Shown piece after piece: positions 41,021 through 50,984 of a DNA stretch of 64,000 nucleotides. Source of the DNA: an uncultured delta proteobacterium (lineage in GTDB: Bacteria > Desulfobacterota > Zymogenia > Zymogenales > Zymogenaceae); contig CAWBYW010000007.1 of assembly GCA_963792965.1 (NCBI GenBank), positions 64,001 through 128,000 on the forward strand. The letters are read 5' to 3'. Below the pieces are notes generated by a model that saw only the letters and a program-made list of their open reading frames with translations, ran no database searches and was not told the origin of the DNA. Positions within the stretch are counted from its first letter, which is position 1, and each line of letters starts with the position of its first letter. Both the position numbers and the translations under genes were made by a program.

Positions 41021-41914
41021 ATGAGTAAGGAAAAAAAGACATCACTGGTGATCATGGCCGCCGGGATGGGGTCGCGCTACGGTGGACTCAAGCAGCTCGA
41101 TCCGGTCGGTCCCAACGGGGAGCTCCTCATCCACTATACCGTGTTCGACGCCGCACGTGCGGGGTTTGATCGTGTGGTCTTTGTCATCCGTAAAGATTTT
41201 GAGGCCGAATTCATCGAGAGGATCACGCCTTTCGTGCCCGAGACAATCCAGGTTGCTCACGCCCACCAGGACCTTTCGGACCTCCCGCCCGAGAGACAGA
41301 AACCGTGGGGCACCGGGCACGCCGTCCTGGTCTGCAAGGACGTCGTTGACGGACCCTTCGGGGTGGTGAACGCCGACGACTATTATGGGAGGAACGCGGT
41401 CGCGTCGCTCTTCTCGTTTTTGCGGTCGCCCGACCATACTGCGGATACCTACGGGATGATCGGCTATCGACTAAAGAACACCGTGAGCCGTTTCGGCGCC
41501 GTAACGCGCGGGGTCTGCTCGGTCAATAAAGGATGGCTCGTCGATATACGGGAGACCGGCGGCATCGAGGTCCTCGATGACAGGATCGTCACCACGTCGG
41601 ACGGCACATCCACCGATCTTGACCCGGAGTCGACGGTCTCGATGAATATCTGGGGATTTCACCCGGCCATCTTTCGTCATCTCGAGACGCTCTACGGAGA
41701 GTTTCGGGCCGCAACCGGAAGCGATCCAAAGGCCGAGTTCCTTATCCCCGGCGTGGTGGGCGCGCTCATCAAGAGCGGGACCATCCGCGTAAAGGTCATC
41801 GATACCGACGATCGCTGGTTCGGCATGACACACCGGCAGGATCGGGAGATCGTGAAAGGCGAGATCGTCCGAATGATCGAGGCGAAAATATATCCCACAA
41901 AGCTCCCCGGATGA
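41021..41914 (+). CDS. Sugar-phosphate nucleotidyltransferase
   Basis: VIMAAGMGSRYGGLKQ, KPWGTGHA, NADDYYG, SMNIWGF. Confidence 0.88.
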   Translation: MSKEKKTSLVIMAAGMGSRYGGLKQLDPVGPNGELLIHYTVFDAARAGFDRVVFVIRKDFEAEFIERITPFVPETIQVAHAHQDLSDLPPERQKPWGTGHAVLVCKDVVDGPFGVVNADDYYGRNAVASLFSFLRSPDHTADTYGMIGYRLKNTVSRFGAVTRGVCSVNKGWLVDIRETGGIEVLDDRIVTTSDGTSTDLDPESTVSMNIWGFHPAIFRHLETLYGEFRAATGSDPKAEFLIPGVVGALIKSGTIRVKVIDTDDRWFGMTHRQDREIVKGEIVRMIEAKIYPTKLPG

Positions 41915-43062
41915 AGCCCACGATCGAAAAGGCCCGTGAAATCGCAGCGGGGTTCGCCCTTTCGGGAGACGTCCTGGACATTCTCCCTCACAGGGCGGGC
42001 CACATCAACGATACCTTCATCGTGACGACACAGGGCGACGGTGCGTGTCGCTACACGCTGCAGCGCATCAACGGAAGCGTCTTTGTCCGGCCCGATCTCG
42101 TGATGCATAACATCAAGGTCGTCACCGAGACGATCTCACGAAGGAATCGGGAGACAGGCACCGACACGGGATGCGGGGGGCTCGTGCTCGTGGCAACAAA
42201 GGAAAATCGGCACTACCTTGTCGACGCCAGCGGCGACTATTGGAGGTGCTACCATTATGTCGAGGGAACAACCCATAATCAGGTCGGATGCGACTTGGCG
42301 GGGACGATGATCGTCCGGGAGGCGGCGCGGGCGTTTGCCGACTTTCAAAATCACCTTGCCGGGGTGGATATACGGGAAATCCATATAACGATCGAGAACT
42401 TCCATCATACGCCGACACGTTTTCGACGCTTCTGCGAGGTGGCGGCTCTGGACGTTTGCGGCAGGACGCGGGAGGCGCGCCGTGAGATAGCGTTTGCGAC
42501 GGCGCGCGAGCCGCTGTGCGCCCTCATCAGCGGGCCGATACTGCGGGGCGAGATCCCCGTGAGAGTGACGCACAACGACACGAAGATCAACAACGTCGTC
42601 TTTGGGGAAGGAAGGGATGCGCGCCCGCGGGCCCTGTGCGTCATCGATCTCGATACGGTCATGCCGGGCTCGGCCCTCTTTGACTTCGGCGATCTGGTAC
42701 GGAGCTCGGTTTGTACCCGGCCCGAGGACGAGACGGACGTCGACACGATCGAGGTGAACCTGGACCTCTTTGAGTCGCTCGTCTCGGGATATCTTGAGGG
42801 CTCACGGGAGCTCTTGAGCGGGCGGGAGATCGAGCTCTTAACTCGGGCGGGAATGGTCATTACGCTCGAGACCGGGCTCAGGTTCCTCACCGATTTCCTG
42901 GCGGGCGACGTCTATTTCAAGACCTCAAGACCTCGGCACAACCTCGACCGGGCGCGATCACAGTTTCGGCTCCTCGAGTCTATGGAGAAGCATCGGCGCG
43001 AGATGGATGAGATCATCACGAGACGCAGTCGAGGAACGTTTCCGGGTGGAGTTCGGAGGTGA
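41911..43062 (+). CDS. APH-fold sugar kinase, N-acetylhexosamine 1-kinase-like
   Basis: GHINDTF, LQRIN, FHHTP, RVTHNDTKINN, VIDLDTVMPG, DFGD, RFLTDFLAGDVYFK. Confidence 0.88.
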   Translation: MKPTIEKAREIAAGFALSGDVLDILPHRAGHINDTFIVTTQGDGACRYTLQRINGSVFVRPDLVMHNIKVVTETISRRNRETGTDTGCGGLVLVATKENRHYLVDASGDYWRCYHYVEGTTHNQVGCDLAGTMIVREAARAFADFQNHLAGVDIREIHITIENFHHTPTRFRRFCEVAALDVCGRTREARREIAFATAREPLCALISGPILRGEIPVRVTHNDTKINNVVFGEGRDARPRALCVIDLDTVMPGSALFDFGDLVRSSVCTRPEDETDVDTIEVNLDLFESLVSGYLEGSRELLSGREIELLTRAGMVITLETGLRFLTDFLAGDVYFKTSRPRHNLDRARSQFRLLESMEKHRREMDEIITRRSRGTFPGGVRR

Positions 43063-43063
43063 C

Positions 43064-43789
43064 ATGAAGAGAGCGAATCGACTCACACGATTTTTCACGG
43101 GACTTCTGATGGCCGCCGTCGTGATCGGCCTGGTTTCCCGGCCGGACGGTGCATGGGCCGGAGAGTCCCGCTGGGTTGTCGTTGGGGGCGCGTCGGATTT
43201 TCGGGACGTCGGCGGATATACGACGGGCGGTGGGACGGTCAGATGGGGCGTCCTGTATCGATCGGACGACCTGTCCACGATAGACCAGGTGGGTGTCAAC
43301 GCATTGGTGGGACTCGGTGTAAAGACCGTCGTCAATCTCAGGGCCGACGCAGGTGACGCCGTACGCATTACGGACTTGTCCGGTGGAAAAATCAGGGTCG
43401 TCAGTCTCCCGATCATTGCCGACCCCATCAAAGATAAGAACGATTACTACAAACGGATGATCGTCAACGGCCGGGAGAGCCTGATATCGCTCTTCGTGCT
43501 CCTTTCCGATAAGAAGAACCTCCCGCTGGTCATCTTCGATAAAGACGGGAGGGACCAGGCCGAGATGGTAACGATGGTGATCCTGCTCGCCCTCGGGGTG
43601 GGTGAGGGGGATGTCGTTTCCGACTACCTCCTCTCAAACCAACGGGGGGCCGCCCTCAAAGACGAGTGGGGACAGATCATTGTCCGGTACTTTGACGAAT
43701 ACGGCGGGATAGATTACTACACCACGAGAGTCCTCAATCTGTCACCGGATCTCATTAAACAGGTAAGGGAAAACCTCACCGCGCAATAG
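43064..43789 (+). CDS. Exported tyrosine-phosphatase-fold protein with degenerate active site
   Basis: Signal peptide ending AWA; FRDVGGY, GVLYRS, NLR, DYLLSN present, but the P-loop reads FDKDGRDQA. Confidence 0.75.
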   Translation: MKRANRLTRFFTGLLMAAVVIGLVSRPDGAWAGESRWVVVGGASDFRDVGGYTTGGGTVRWGVLYRSDDLSTIDQVGVNALVGLGVKTVVNLRADAGDAVRITDLSGGKIRVVSLPIIADPIKDKNDYYKRMIVNGRESLISLFVLLSDKKNLPLVIFDKDGRDQAEMVTMVILLALGVGEGDVVSDYLLSNQRGAALKDEWGQIIVRYFDEYGGIDYYTTRVLNLSPDLIKQVRENLTAQ

Positions 43790-43798
43790 GAGGAAACT

Positions 43799-44980
43799 AT
43801 GGCAGGACCGCTGAGCGGCGTCCGTATCGTCGATCTCACCCGGCTCTATCCCGGCCCCTTCGGGACGCAGCTCTTGGGGGACCTCGGTGCAGAGGTCATC
43901 AAGGTCGAAGACAAGAACTCCCCGGACTATATTCGGTTCTTCCCGCCCGTCTTCGTCAAGGAGGGCGCGGGCTACATCAGCGTGAACCGGAATAAGAAAA
44001 GTTTTGCCCTGGACCTCCGGTCCGACCAGGGGAAAGAGCTCTTCTTCACGCTGGTCGAGAAATCCGACGTCGTGGTCGAACAGTTCAGGCCGGGTGTTCT
44101 GGACAAGATGGGGCTCGGATATGAGAAGGGCCGGGCGCGCAACCCGAGGATCATCTATTGCTCGATCACCGGCTTCGGTCAGACGGGACCGTACGCTAAC
44201 ATACCCGGACACGACCTCAACTACATGGGGCTTACGGGAATCAGTGACACGATCGGTCCGCGAGGAAAGGATCCCGTCGTTCCCGGCATCCAGGTGGCCG
44301 ACGTCGCGGGCGGGGGCCTGATGTCCGTCATCGGAATACTGGCCGCGATCGTCGGACGAAAGAGCACGGGGCGCGGCCAGCACGTGGACGTATCGATGTT
44401 CGACGGCATCCTCCCCTTCATGGGAATGATCTATTCCAACTTCAAGGCGGGCGGCGGGCTCCCCGAGCGTGGAAACATGTTCTTGGCGGGGGCGCTTGTC
44501 TGCTACGACATCTACCGGACAAAGGATAACCGGTTCATGACGCTCGGTGCGCTCGAGTTCAAGTTCTGGAAGCGATTCTGCGAGCTGATCGATAAGACCG
44601 AGTGGACCGATATGCAGTACGTCCAGGGTGATGAGAAGATACGGATCCGGACGGAGCTTGAGAAGATCTTCCTGTCAAAGACGAGGGACGAGTGGGTGGA
44701 GGTCTTCCGGGGGGAGGAGTCGATGTGCGACGCGGTTCTTTCCATCGACGAGGTTGAAAACGATCCCCACGCCATCGCGCGGAAGATGATCGTCGAGATG
44801 GACCATCCGACCGAGGGAAAGATCAAGGGGATCGGGGTACCGATCAAATTCTCCGACACGGAGGCAACCGAAATAGCCCCGCCTCCGATCCTCGGACAGC
44901 ACAACGACGAGATATTGCGAATGATGGGGGTTTCGGATGAAAAGATCGGGCAGCTGCGAAAAGACGGGATAGTCATATAG
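43799..44980 (+). CDS. CaiB/BaiF family III CoA transferase
   Basis: DLTRLYPGP, GAEVIKVE, NRNKKS, FRPGV, GHDLNY, ADVAGG. Confidence 0.93.
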   Translation: MAGPLSGVRIVDLTRLYPGPFGTQLLGDLGAEVIKVEDKNSPDYIRFFPPVFVKEGAGYISVNRNKKSFALDLRSDQGKELFFTLVEKSDVVVEQFRPGVLDKMGLGYEKGRARNPRIIYCSITGFGQTGPYANIPGHDLNYMGLTGISDTIGPRGKDPVVPGIQVADVAGGGLMSVIGILAAIVGRKSTGRGQHVDVSMFDGILPFMGMIYSNFKAGGGLPERGNMFLAGALVCYDIYRTKDNRFMTLGALEFKFWKRFCELIDKTEWTDMQYVQGDEKIRIRTELEKIFLSKTRDEWVEVFRGEESMCDAVLSIDEVENDPHAIARKMIVEMDHPTEGKIKGIGVPIKFSDTEATEIAPPPILGQHNDEILRMMGVSDEKIGQLRKDGIVI

Positions 44981-45014
44981 CGGCGGTCCAGATACGTCCC
45001 GTCCCACGACTATC

Positions 45015-45311
45015 TCAGGATTTCTTCTTGAACCGGTCGTTCGAGACCTTCGTGAGGCCGCTCCCATCTCGTTTTGCGTAGTCCTTGAGGGCTGTGGCGA
45101 GATATGTCTCGGGGGTGGGCATCGAGCCTTTCTTCCAGCCGCGGAAGGATGCCCCCTTTTCCTCCTCGATGAGACGCTCCTCGAGGCGCTTCCAGTCCTC
45201 GGGATTTTTTTTCTTGAAACCGGCGACGAAATCGGAAAGGGTAAACTCACCGGTGAGCCCCTTGAGGGTCCGGGAGATTTTCTCGTCCATTTGCTCAACG
45301 ATCTTTTTCAT
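45015..45311 (-). CDS. Hypothetical basic protein, 98 aa
   Basis: GAGGA RBS and upstream TTGTAA-N16-TATAAT; fills the gap between flanking genes. Confidence 0.7.
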   Translation of the reverse strand: MKKIVEQMDEKISRTLKGLTGEFTLSDFVAGFKKKNPEDWKRLEERLIEEEKGASFRGWKKGSMPTPETYLATALKDYAKRDGSGLTKVSNDRFKKKS

Positions 45312-45436
45312 GGCTTGTCCTCGTTTCTTTCTATTATACATAGCGTTAAGACTTTTACAAGATAAAATGGAGCTCAACGCTTTTCTTGTCGTTGATACTA
45401 TGCTATCATCCTACAAGAAGGCGATGAGGTCATGGG

Positions 45437-46246
45437 GTGAGCGATACCGATAAGGTCCTTGAGGTCGCAGTTTATGCCGCACGAACGGCAGGATCGCTTC
45501 TCGTCTCTTACCTCGGGGGTGGGAGGCCGAGGGGGATAGCCCAAAAGGATCTCCTCGACTATGTGACGGACGCGGACCGGGAGTCGGAAAAGACGATACG
45601 GAAGGTTATCGGCTCGCGCTTCCCGGACCACTCGATTCTGGCCGAAGAGGGCGGGCTGACCGAAAAGGACAAGCAAAATCTCTGGGTGGTCGACCCGCTG
45701 GACGGCACGATCAACTACATATCGTCGTTCCCGTTCTTTTGTGTTTCGGTGGGATTCGTGCGTGAGGGATCGGTAGAGGTCGGCGTGGTATACGATCCCA
45801 TCAAGGACGAGCTCTTTCACGCGGCCAGGGGCAAGGGCGCATACCTCAACGGTAGCCCGATTCGGGTAAACGCCGTATCGGACCTCTCCACATCTATCGT
45901 CTTTACCGGCTTTCCCCACCGAATCAAAGAGTGCTTCGAGCCGCACCTTGCGAGCTTTCGGGCAATATTCGAGATCAGCGCGGGGATTCGGCAACTCGGG
46001 AGCGCGGCTCTTCACCTCTGCTACACGGCGATGGGAAGGGCGGACGGCTTCTGGGAGCCGAGGCTCTCCCCGTGGGACATCGCGGCCGGAAGCCTCATCG
46101 TCACCGAGGCCGGGGGAATCGTCACCGACTTTACCGGCGCGCTCGACTATCTGTCGAGCGGTGATGTCGTTTGCGGGTCCCCAAAATCGCACGAGATATT
46201 GTTGAATATTATCGGCCACGCGTTCGCCGATTCGGGAGGCGCATAG
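45437..46246 (+). CDS. suhB: Inositol monophosphatase family protein
   Basis: DYVTDAD, AEE, WVVDPLDGTINY, GSAAL, WDIAAG. Confidence 0.9.
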   Translation: MSDTDKVLEVAVYAARTAGSLLVSYLGGGRPRGIAQKDLLDYVTDADRESEKTIRKVIGSRFPDHSILAEEGGLTEKDKQNLWVVDPLDGTINYISSFPFFCVSVGFVREGSVEVGVVYDPIKDELFHAARGKGAYLNGSPIRVNAVSDLSTSIVFTGFPHRIKECFEPHLASFRAIFEISAGIRQLGSAALHLCYTAMGRADGFWEPRLSPWDIAAGSLIVTEAGGIVTDFTGALDYLSSGDVVCGSPKSHEILLNIIGHAFADSGGA

Positions 46247-46732
46247 ATGGAGTCACGGAAACTCATGATCTATCTCATCGTGATCCTCGTTCTGCTCATC
46301 GGCATGCTCATCTATGTGTATGTTCAGATACGTCAGTTCAGTCCTGGAAAAGAGGAAGGCGAGGGGAATAGGGCGGCAGTGACCGACCTCGCCAACGGCG
46401 GATCGATATACCTGGAAGGCAAGGATCTCCAGGGGAAGATGATCCCGATTTCGGGCGGGCCCGCGTGGTTCTTGAAGGACGGGGGAGGATGCGCGGTGTG
46501 TCACGGCGAAAAGGGGGAAGGGGGAAAGCCGATTCATGGGCTCAAGATCGTTCCGCCGAACATCAGGAAGGCCGTGGCAAAGGGAATCGGCGGGATGTCC
46601 GAAAAGGATTTCGGAAAGCTCATCAGGTGGGGAGAGATTGGGGGCGGAAAATCGCTCTCGTACGAGATGCCGCGCTTTGACCTGACCGACGAAGAGGTCA
46701 GAGACCTGTTGGCCTTTATCAGAAAACTGTAG
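46247..46732 (+). CDS. Membrane-anchored monoheme cytochrome c
   Basis: N-terminal TM helix, CAVCH, distal MPRF. Confidence 0.85.
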   Translation: MESRKLMIYLIVILVLLIGMLIYVYVQIRQFSPGKEEGEGNRAAVTDLANGGSIYLEGKDLQGKMIPISGGPAWFLKDGGGCAVCHGEKGEGGKPIHGLKIVPPNIRKAVAKGIGGMSEKDFGKLIRWGEIGGGKSLSYEMPRFDLTDEEVRDLLAFIRKL

Positions 46733-46903
46733 CGCCGCCGGAGGGCCCTGTTTTTGGAGAGCCCGGCGGAGAAGAGCACCATTCCCATCGGTAATCTGAG
46801 GATAATGCGGTAGGGCAAGGGGCCCCATCGTTTGATCGTGCATATATGCGCATCGTGGGCGACAATAGTCTGAAATAGAGGAATTTCCCCCCGAGAATCC
46901 GCG

Positions 46904-47341
46904 ATGGATATTACCGAAGAAAACATCTACTACCTGATATCACGTCTGTTAGACGATTTCGACGCCATCGAGAAGGCCTATACCAAGCGCCTGCTCGAGG
47001 ATGGCTACAGCGTCACCGCTTCACAGCTCGAGATCATGCGAGCCGTGGGGGAAAACCCGCGAATATCTCTCGGGGAGCTGGCGACGCTGACGAAACTTCA
47101 CATCACGACCGTGGAGGGCTATGCAAATCGGCTGTCCAGGAAGGGATTTGCCGTGAAGGAGAAAGACCCTGCCGACTCCCGCAGGGTGATCGTGTGGCTG
47201 ACAACCGAGGGGGAGCTGATCCTCAGGGCCGCGCCGAAGGGCTACCGCACGAAGCTCTTCGAGGAGCTGAAGGAGCTCCCGATCTCGGAAAAGGAAGCCA
47301 TCTATCAGGTACTCAAGAAGCTCGTCTTCATGATGAGATAA
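46904..47341 (+). CDS. MarR family transcriptional regulator
   Basis: wHTH; DPADSRRVIVWLTTEG. Confidence 0.9.
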   Translation: MDITEENIYYLISRLLDDFDAIEKAYTKRLLEDGYSVTASQLEIMRAVGENPRISLGELATLTKLHITTVEGYANRLSRKGFAVKEKDPADSRRVIVWLTTEGELILRAAPKGYRTKLFEELKELPISEKEAIYQVLKKLVFMMR

Positions 47342-47410
47342 CGGATACCCATTAAGGCGCGGCTTTTGCGGGCCCCACATATAAAGAAGGACCCCGTGGC
47401 AGAAAGGGTC

Positions 47411-47444
47411 GAAAAGGGCCGGATAGGTCTATCCGGCCCTTTTC
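47411..47444. terminator. Bidirectional intrinsic terminator
   Basis: Perfect inverted repeat GAAAAGGGCCGGATAG-GT-CTATCCGGCCCTTTTC between convergent genes. Confidence 0.8.
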
Positions 47445-47454
47445 TTTGGCCGGG

Positions 47455-49566
47455 CTACTTAACTCGGTACCACGCTCCGTTGTAGCTGAAGATGACGCTC
47501 TTGCCGAGCGCCAGCAATTTTCCCGCGTCGGGGTTTTCGGAGACAAACTTCCAGTACGCGTCGCTGTCAAACGGCAATTCGATGGTCTTGGTCCCTTCTT
47601 TGTATTGACTGTCGATCCAGACCTTATCGCGCAGCATAAACGTCCGCTCACCAAGCTGCTTGATGCTCATGAGCGTGGGCTCACTGACGGTCGTCTTGTC
47701 TTTCATGTCACGCATCGCCTCCGACGCCTTCAGGGCAACGCCACCGCGCTCCTCCTTGAGCATCCCGGTTCCCGACATGAAGCCCAGATCGTCCCGAACG
47801 CCGGGGGAGGGAGCGGGTAGCCCCTGATTTTGATCCTCAAGGACCAAGAAGCTCGTATAGGGCGTCACGATCCCGAAGGTCTTGCCGAGGTCCGTCACCT
47901 CATCCACGAGCTCCTTGTTCTCACCGTTGAGGCGGATCTCGTCCAGGAGATAGGCGATCTTCCGCGTCGCCCAGATGCGGGGCAGAAAGTCATCTTTCTC
48001 GTCGGCGGACCCGAAGGTAACCGGATATTCGAGGACTACGTCACGACCGCCGAGGGTCCCCTTGAGCACAATCGTGGAGGTCCCCGAGCCCTCAAAGGTG
48101 CCCACGACGGTCACCTGTGAGCCCGCAAAGAGGTCGGGGAGCTTGGCCGGATAGTAGTCTTTCAGACGGATGCCGCTCGATGTCAGTGAGAGATCGGTCA
48201 TGGCGGGGTTCTTGATCTTCGTGAAGAAGTTTGAGACGACCGCCTCGATATTCTCCGTGGGCGTTACATATTCGGATACGCCGTGGTTGTCCGACGAGAT
48301 CTTGTCGAGAAGGTGGGTGTTGGTCTCCTCGCCGACGCCGAAAACAAAGATTCTCGCATTACCCTTGTTGGCAGCATCGACGTTCTTGATGATCGCGGGG
48401 AGGTCGGTTATCCCGACGGTCGGCTCCCCGTCGGTGACGAAGACGACGATATGGGGCCGTCTCTTATCACCGGTGTCTTTGAGGGCCTCGATGAGCGAGT
48501 CGTTGATGTTCGTCCCGCCCCGGGCGACCATATTCTCGACAAAGTCGGCGGCGGCCTCCTTGTTCTTCCCGTCGGCTGAAACCACGGAGGTCTTGAATTT
48601 CTCCGTATCGGTCGAAAAACGGATGATGTTGAATCGGTCGTTCGCATTGAGAGCGCCGATGCAGAACCTGAGCGCCTTCTTGGCCTGAGCGAGCTTATCG
48701 CCCTTCATGCTCCCGGAGGTATCCAGCACGAAGGTCACGTCTTTGGGTACAATGTCGGCTGGGGCGATATCCTGCCGGGGAGACACAAGGAGCATGAAGT
48801 AGCCGGGGCCGCTCCCTTCCCGGTACGACAGAAGGGATAGGCCGATCTCTTTTTCGGAGAGGGTATAGTAGAGGATGAAGTCTTTATCGGGAAGAACATT
48901 TTTATCCTCAAAAGAGAACTTGACCTCGCGGTCGCCTCTCCTGGCGACGTCGATCTCGTGGGAGGGCGAATAGACGGTTGTGATAGGGACCGAAGATTTG
49001 ATGTTGGCGTCTATGGAAACCTCGTGCAGCGGGGCCGACGAGAATTTCTCGGTGTTCAGGGGATAGACGTACCTGACCATCCCGAAGTCGTACTTGAGGG
49101 TCTCGGTGTAGGTGATCTCGACGCGCTTTTCTCCATGCGCCGGGATCGGATAGATCCGGAGCTTGAAGGTGTTGCGGTTGACATATTCCAGGAGCGCCGG
49201 GTCCCTCAGCCTCCTGACGATATCCTCGTAGGTCGTACGCGCCTCGTTTGCGTTCAGGAGCTGTCCCTTGACCCTCTTGCCGTCGATATAGAGCGCAAGG
49301 TCGGAAAACGAGGCCCCTTCCGGAAGGGGAAAGATAAAGGTCCCCTCGAGATCCATGTCGTTAGGGTTAACGAAGACCTCATCGATGTGGGTGGTGGAGA
49401 CCTGATCGATAATGTCGACCTTTACGTGGTGATATTTAACCTCCAGCGGGACAATCGGCTTCGGCGGGTGAATAGGGGGATCGATGATAATGACGCCGTC
49501 GGCAAAGACGAGTGCCGGCAGCGCGAACACGAGCAGGGCCAGCGAAAAGATCAGTACTTTTTTCAT
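47455..49566 (-). CDS. Exported VIT + VWA domain protein
   Basis: Signal peptide, VIT-like N-terminus, MIDAS DTSGSM, GGTNI, VTDGEPT, IVTPYTSFLV. Confidence 0.9.
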   Translation of the reverse strand: MKKVLIFSLALLVFALPALVFADGVIIIDPPIHPPKPIVPLEVKYHHVKVDIIDQVSTTHIDEVFVNPNDMDLEGTFIFPLPEGASFSDLALYIDGKRVKGQLLNANEARTTYEDIVRRLRDPALLEYVNRNTFKLRIYPIPAHGEKRVEITYTETLKYDFGMVRYVYPLNTEKFSSAPLHEVSIDANIKSSVPITTVYSPSHEIDVARRGDREVKFSFEDKNVLPDKDFILYYTLSEKEIGLSLLSYREGSGPGYFMLLVSPRQDIAPADIVPKDVTFVLDTSGSMKGDKLAQAKKALRFCIGALNANDRFNIIRFSTDTEKFKTSVVSADGKNKEAAADFVENMVARGGTNINDSLIEALKDTGDKRRPHIVVFVTDGEPTVGITDLPAIIKNVDAANKGNARIFVFGVGEETNTHLLDKISSDNHGVSEYVTPTENIEAVVSNFFTKIKNPAMTDLSLTSSGIRLKDYYPAKLPDLFAGSQVTVVGTFEGSGTSTIVLKGTLGGRDVVLEYPVTFGSADEKDDFLPRIWATRKIAYLLDEIRLNGENKELVDEVTDLGKTFGIVTPYTSFLVLEDQNQGLPAPSPGVRDDLGFMSGTGMLKEERGGVALKASEAMRDMKDKTTVSEPTLMSIKQLGERTFMLRDKVWIDSQYKEGTKTIELPFDSDAYWKFVSENPDAGKLLALGKSVIFSYNGAWYRVK

Positions 49567-49694
49567 ATCGGCTCCTTTTCTTCCTTTTGTCTCTTATGAC
49601 AGAGAGACAGATGCTTTTGTTCCAGACGGTTTTTTTATTTAATAGCGGAGAGAGTTATTGTATAATAATCTCTTTACCGGATAAGGAAGCCGCC

Positions 49695-50852
49695 ATGCAG
49701 ATCACGAAGAGCTTTATCATATTCTTTTTCATATTCTTTGCCATCTATGTGCTTACCAATACCTATATATATCTCCGTGGGTTTTCGGCGCTCTCTCTCG
49801 AGGGGAGATGGGTCATCGGCCTGAAGCTCTTGTTTGTTGCCGTCGTGTTGACGTTTCCCGTTTCGTTCTTCCTGAGGGGCACAAAATACGCCAATACCTG
49901 TGACCTCCTTACGATCGTCGGCTCGATCTGGGTTGGTGCGATGCTTTATTTCTTTCTGCTGGCGGTCTTTTCCGATCTTGTGAGGCTTATCGACTCTCTG
50001 GTCCCCATCATCCCCGCGCACTTCAAGAACAACCGCGTTCTGTTGGGCAGGAGCGCCTTTTTTGGCTCTATCGCCATCGTCTTTCTTATCATACTCTCCG
50101 GATGGGTCAATACCTTCTTCATCAGGGTTAAGAACCTCGAGGTGGACTTTCCCACGCTCCCGAAGGCCGCCAACCCGACAACCGTGGTCTACGTCTCGGA
50201 CGTCCATCTCGGTCTCCTGGTCGGGGAGCACCGCCTGAGAGCCTTTGTCGACAAGATCAACGCCCAGCATCCCGACATCATCCTCATCGGGGGCGACCTC
50301 GTGGACGAGAGCGTTGAGGGGCTGGCGCATATGCCGGAAATCCTGGCCGGGCTCAAGGCACCACGCGGCATCTATGCCGTGCTGGGTAACCACGATTTCT
50401 ACGCGGGGCACGAGAAGGCCGAGGCATTCATGCGGTCGGCGGGGATAAGAGTACTGAGGGACGAGGTGGTGACGCTGCCGGGTCTCGTCAACCTTGTGGG
50501 GCTGGACGATCCCACGGCGCTCCAGTTTGGAAAGAAGAAGGAGGCATCGCTTCCGGAGCTGCTCAAGAAGCGGGACGTGAGCCTGCCCACGATCCTCATG
50601 TTTCATCCACCCATCAGGATGAAAAAATACGCAGCCTACCCGATCGACCTCATGCTCTCGGGGCATTCTCACCACGGGCAGATGTTCCCGATGAACTTCA
50701 TCACGGACCTCGTCTATCTGGTAAGCTACGGATATGCGAGAATCGGTACGATGCAGGTCTATGTGTCCAGCGGCCTGGGCACCTGGGGGCCGCCGGTACG
50801 GGTCTTCACCCACCCGGAGATCGTCAGGATTACCCTTGTAAAGGGAAAGTGA
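49695..50852 (+). CDS. Membrane-anchored metallophosphoesterase (YkuE-like)
   Basis: N-terminal TM segments; SDVH, GGDLVD, GNHD, SGHSHHGQ. Confidence 0.9.
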   Translation: MQITKSFIIFFFIFFAIYVLTNTYIYLRGFSALSLEGRWVIGLKLLFVAVVLTFPVSFFLRGTKYANTCDLLTIVGSIWVGAMLYFFLLAVFSDLVRLIDSLVPIIPAHFKNNRVLLGRSAFFGSIAIVFLIILSGWVNTFFIRVKNLEVDFPTLPKAANPTTVVYVSDVHLGLLVGEHRLRAFVDKINAQHPDIILIGGDLVDESVEGLAHMPEILAGLKAPRGIYAVLGNHDFYAGHEKAEAFMRSAGIRVLRDEVVTLPGLVNLVGLDDPTALQFGKKKEASLPELLKKRDVSLPTILMFHPPIRMKKYAAYPIDLMLSGHSHHGQMFPMNFITDLVYLVSYGYARIGTMQVYVSSGLGTWGPPVRVFTHPEIVRITLVKGK

Positions 50853-50984
50853 GAAGAGCCGGGCGAGCAGATCGTTCCTCCATTACCTCTCGATTATCTT
50901 CTACCTTCTTATCGAGCATATTCCTTCCCCTGTAGCCGGGCGACGGTAGTCCGCCCTCCCTCGTCGGCGGCCGGGGAGGATTTT

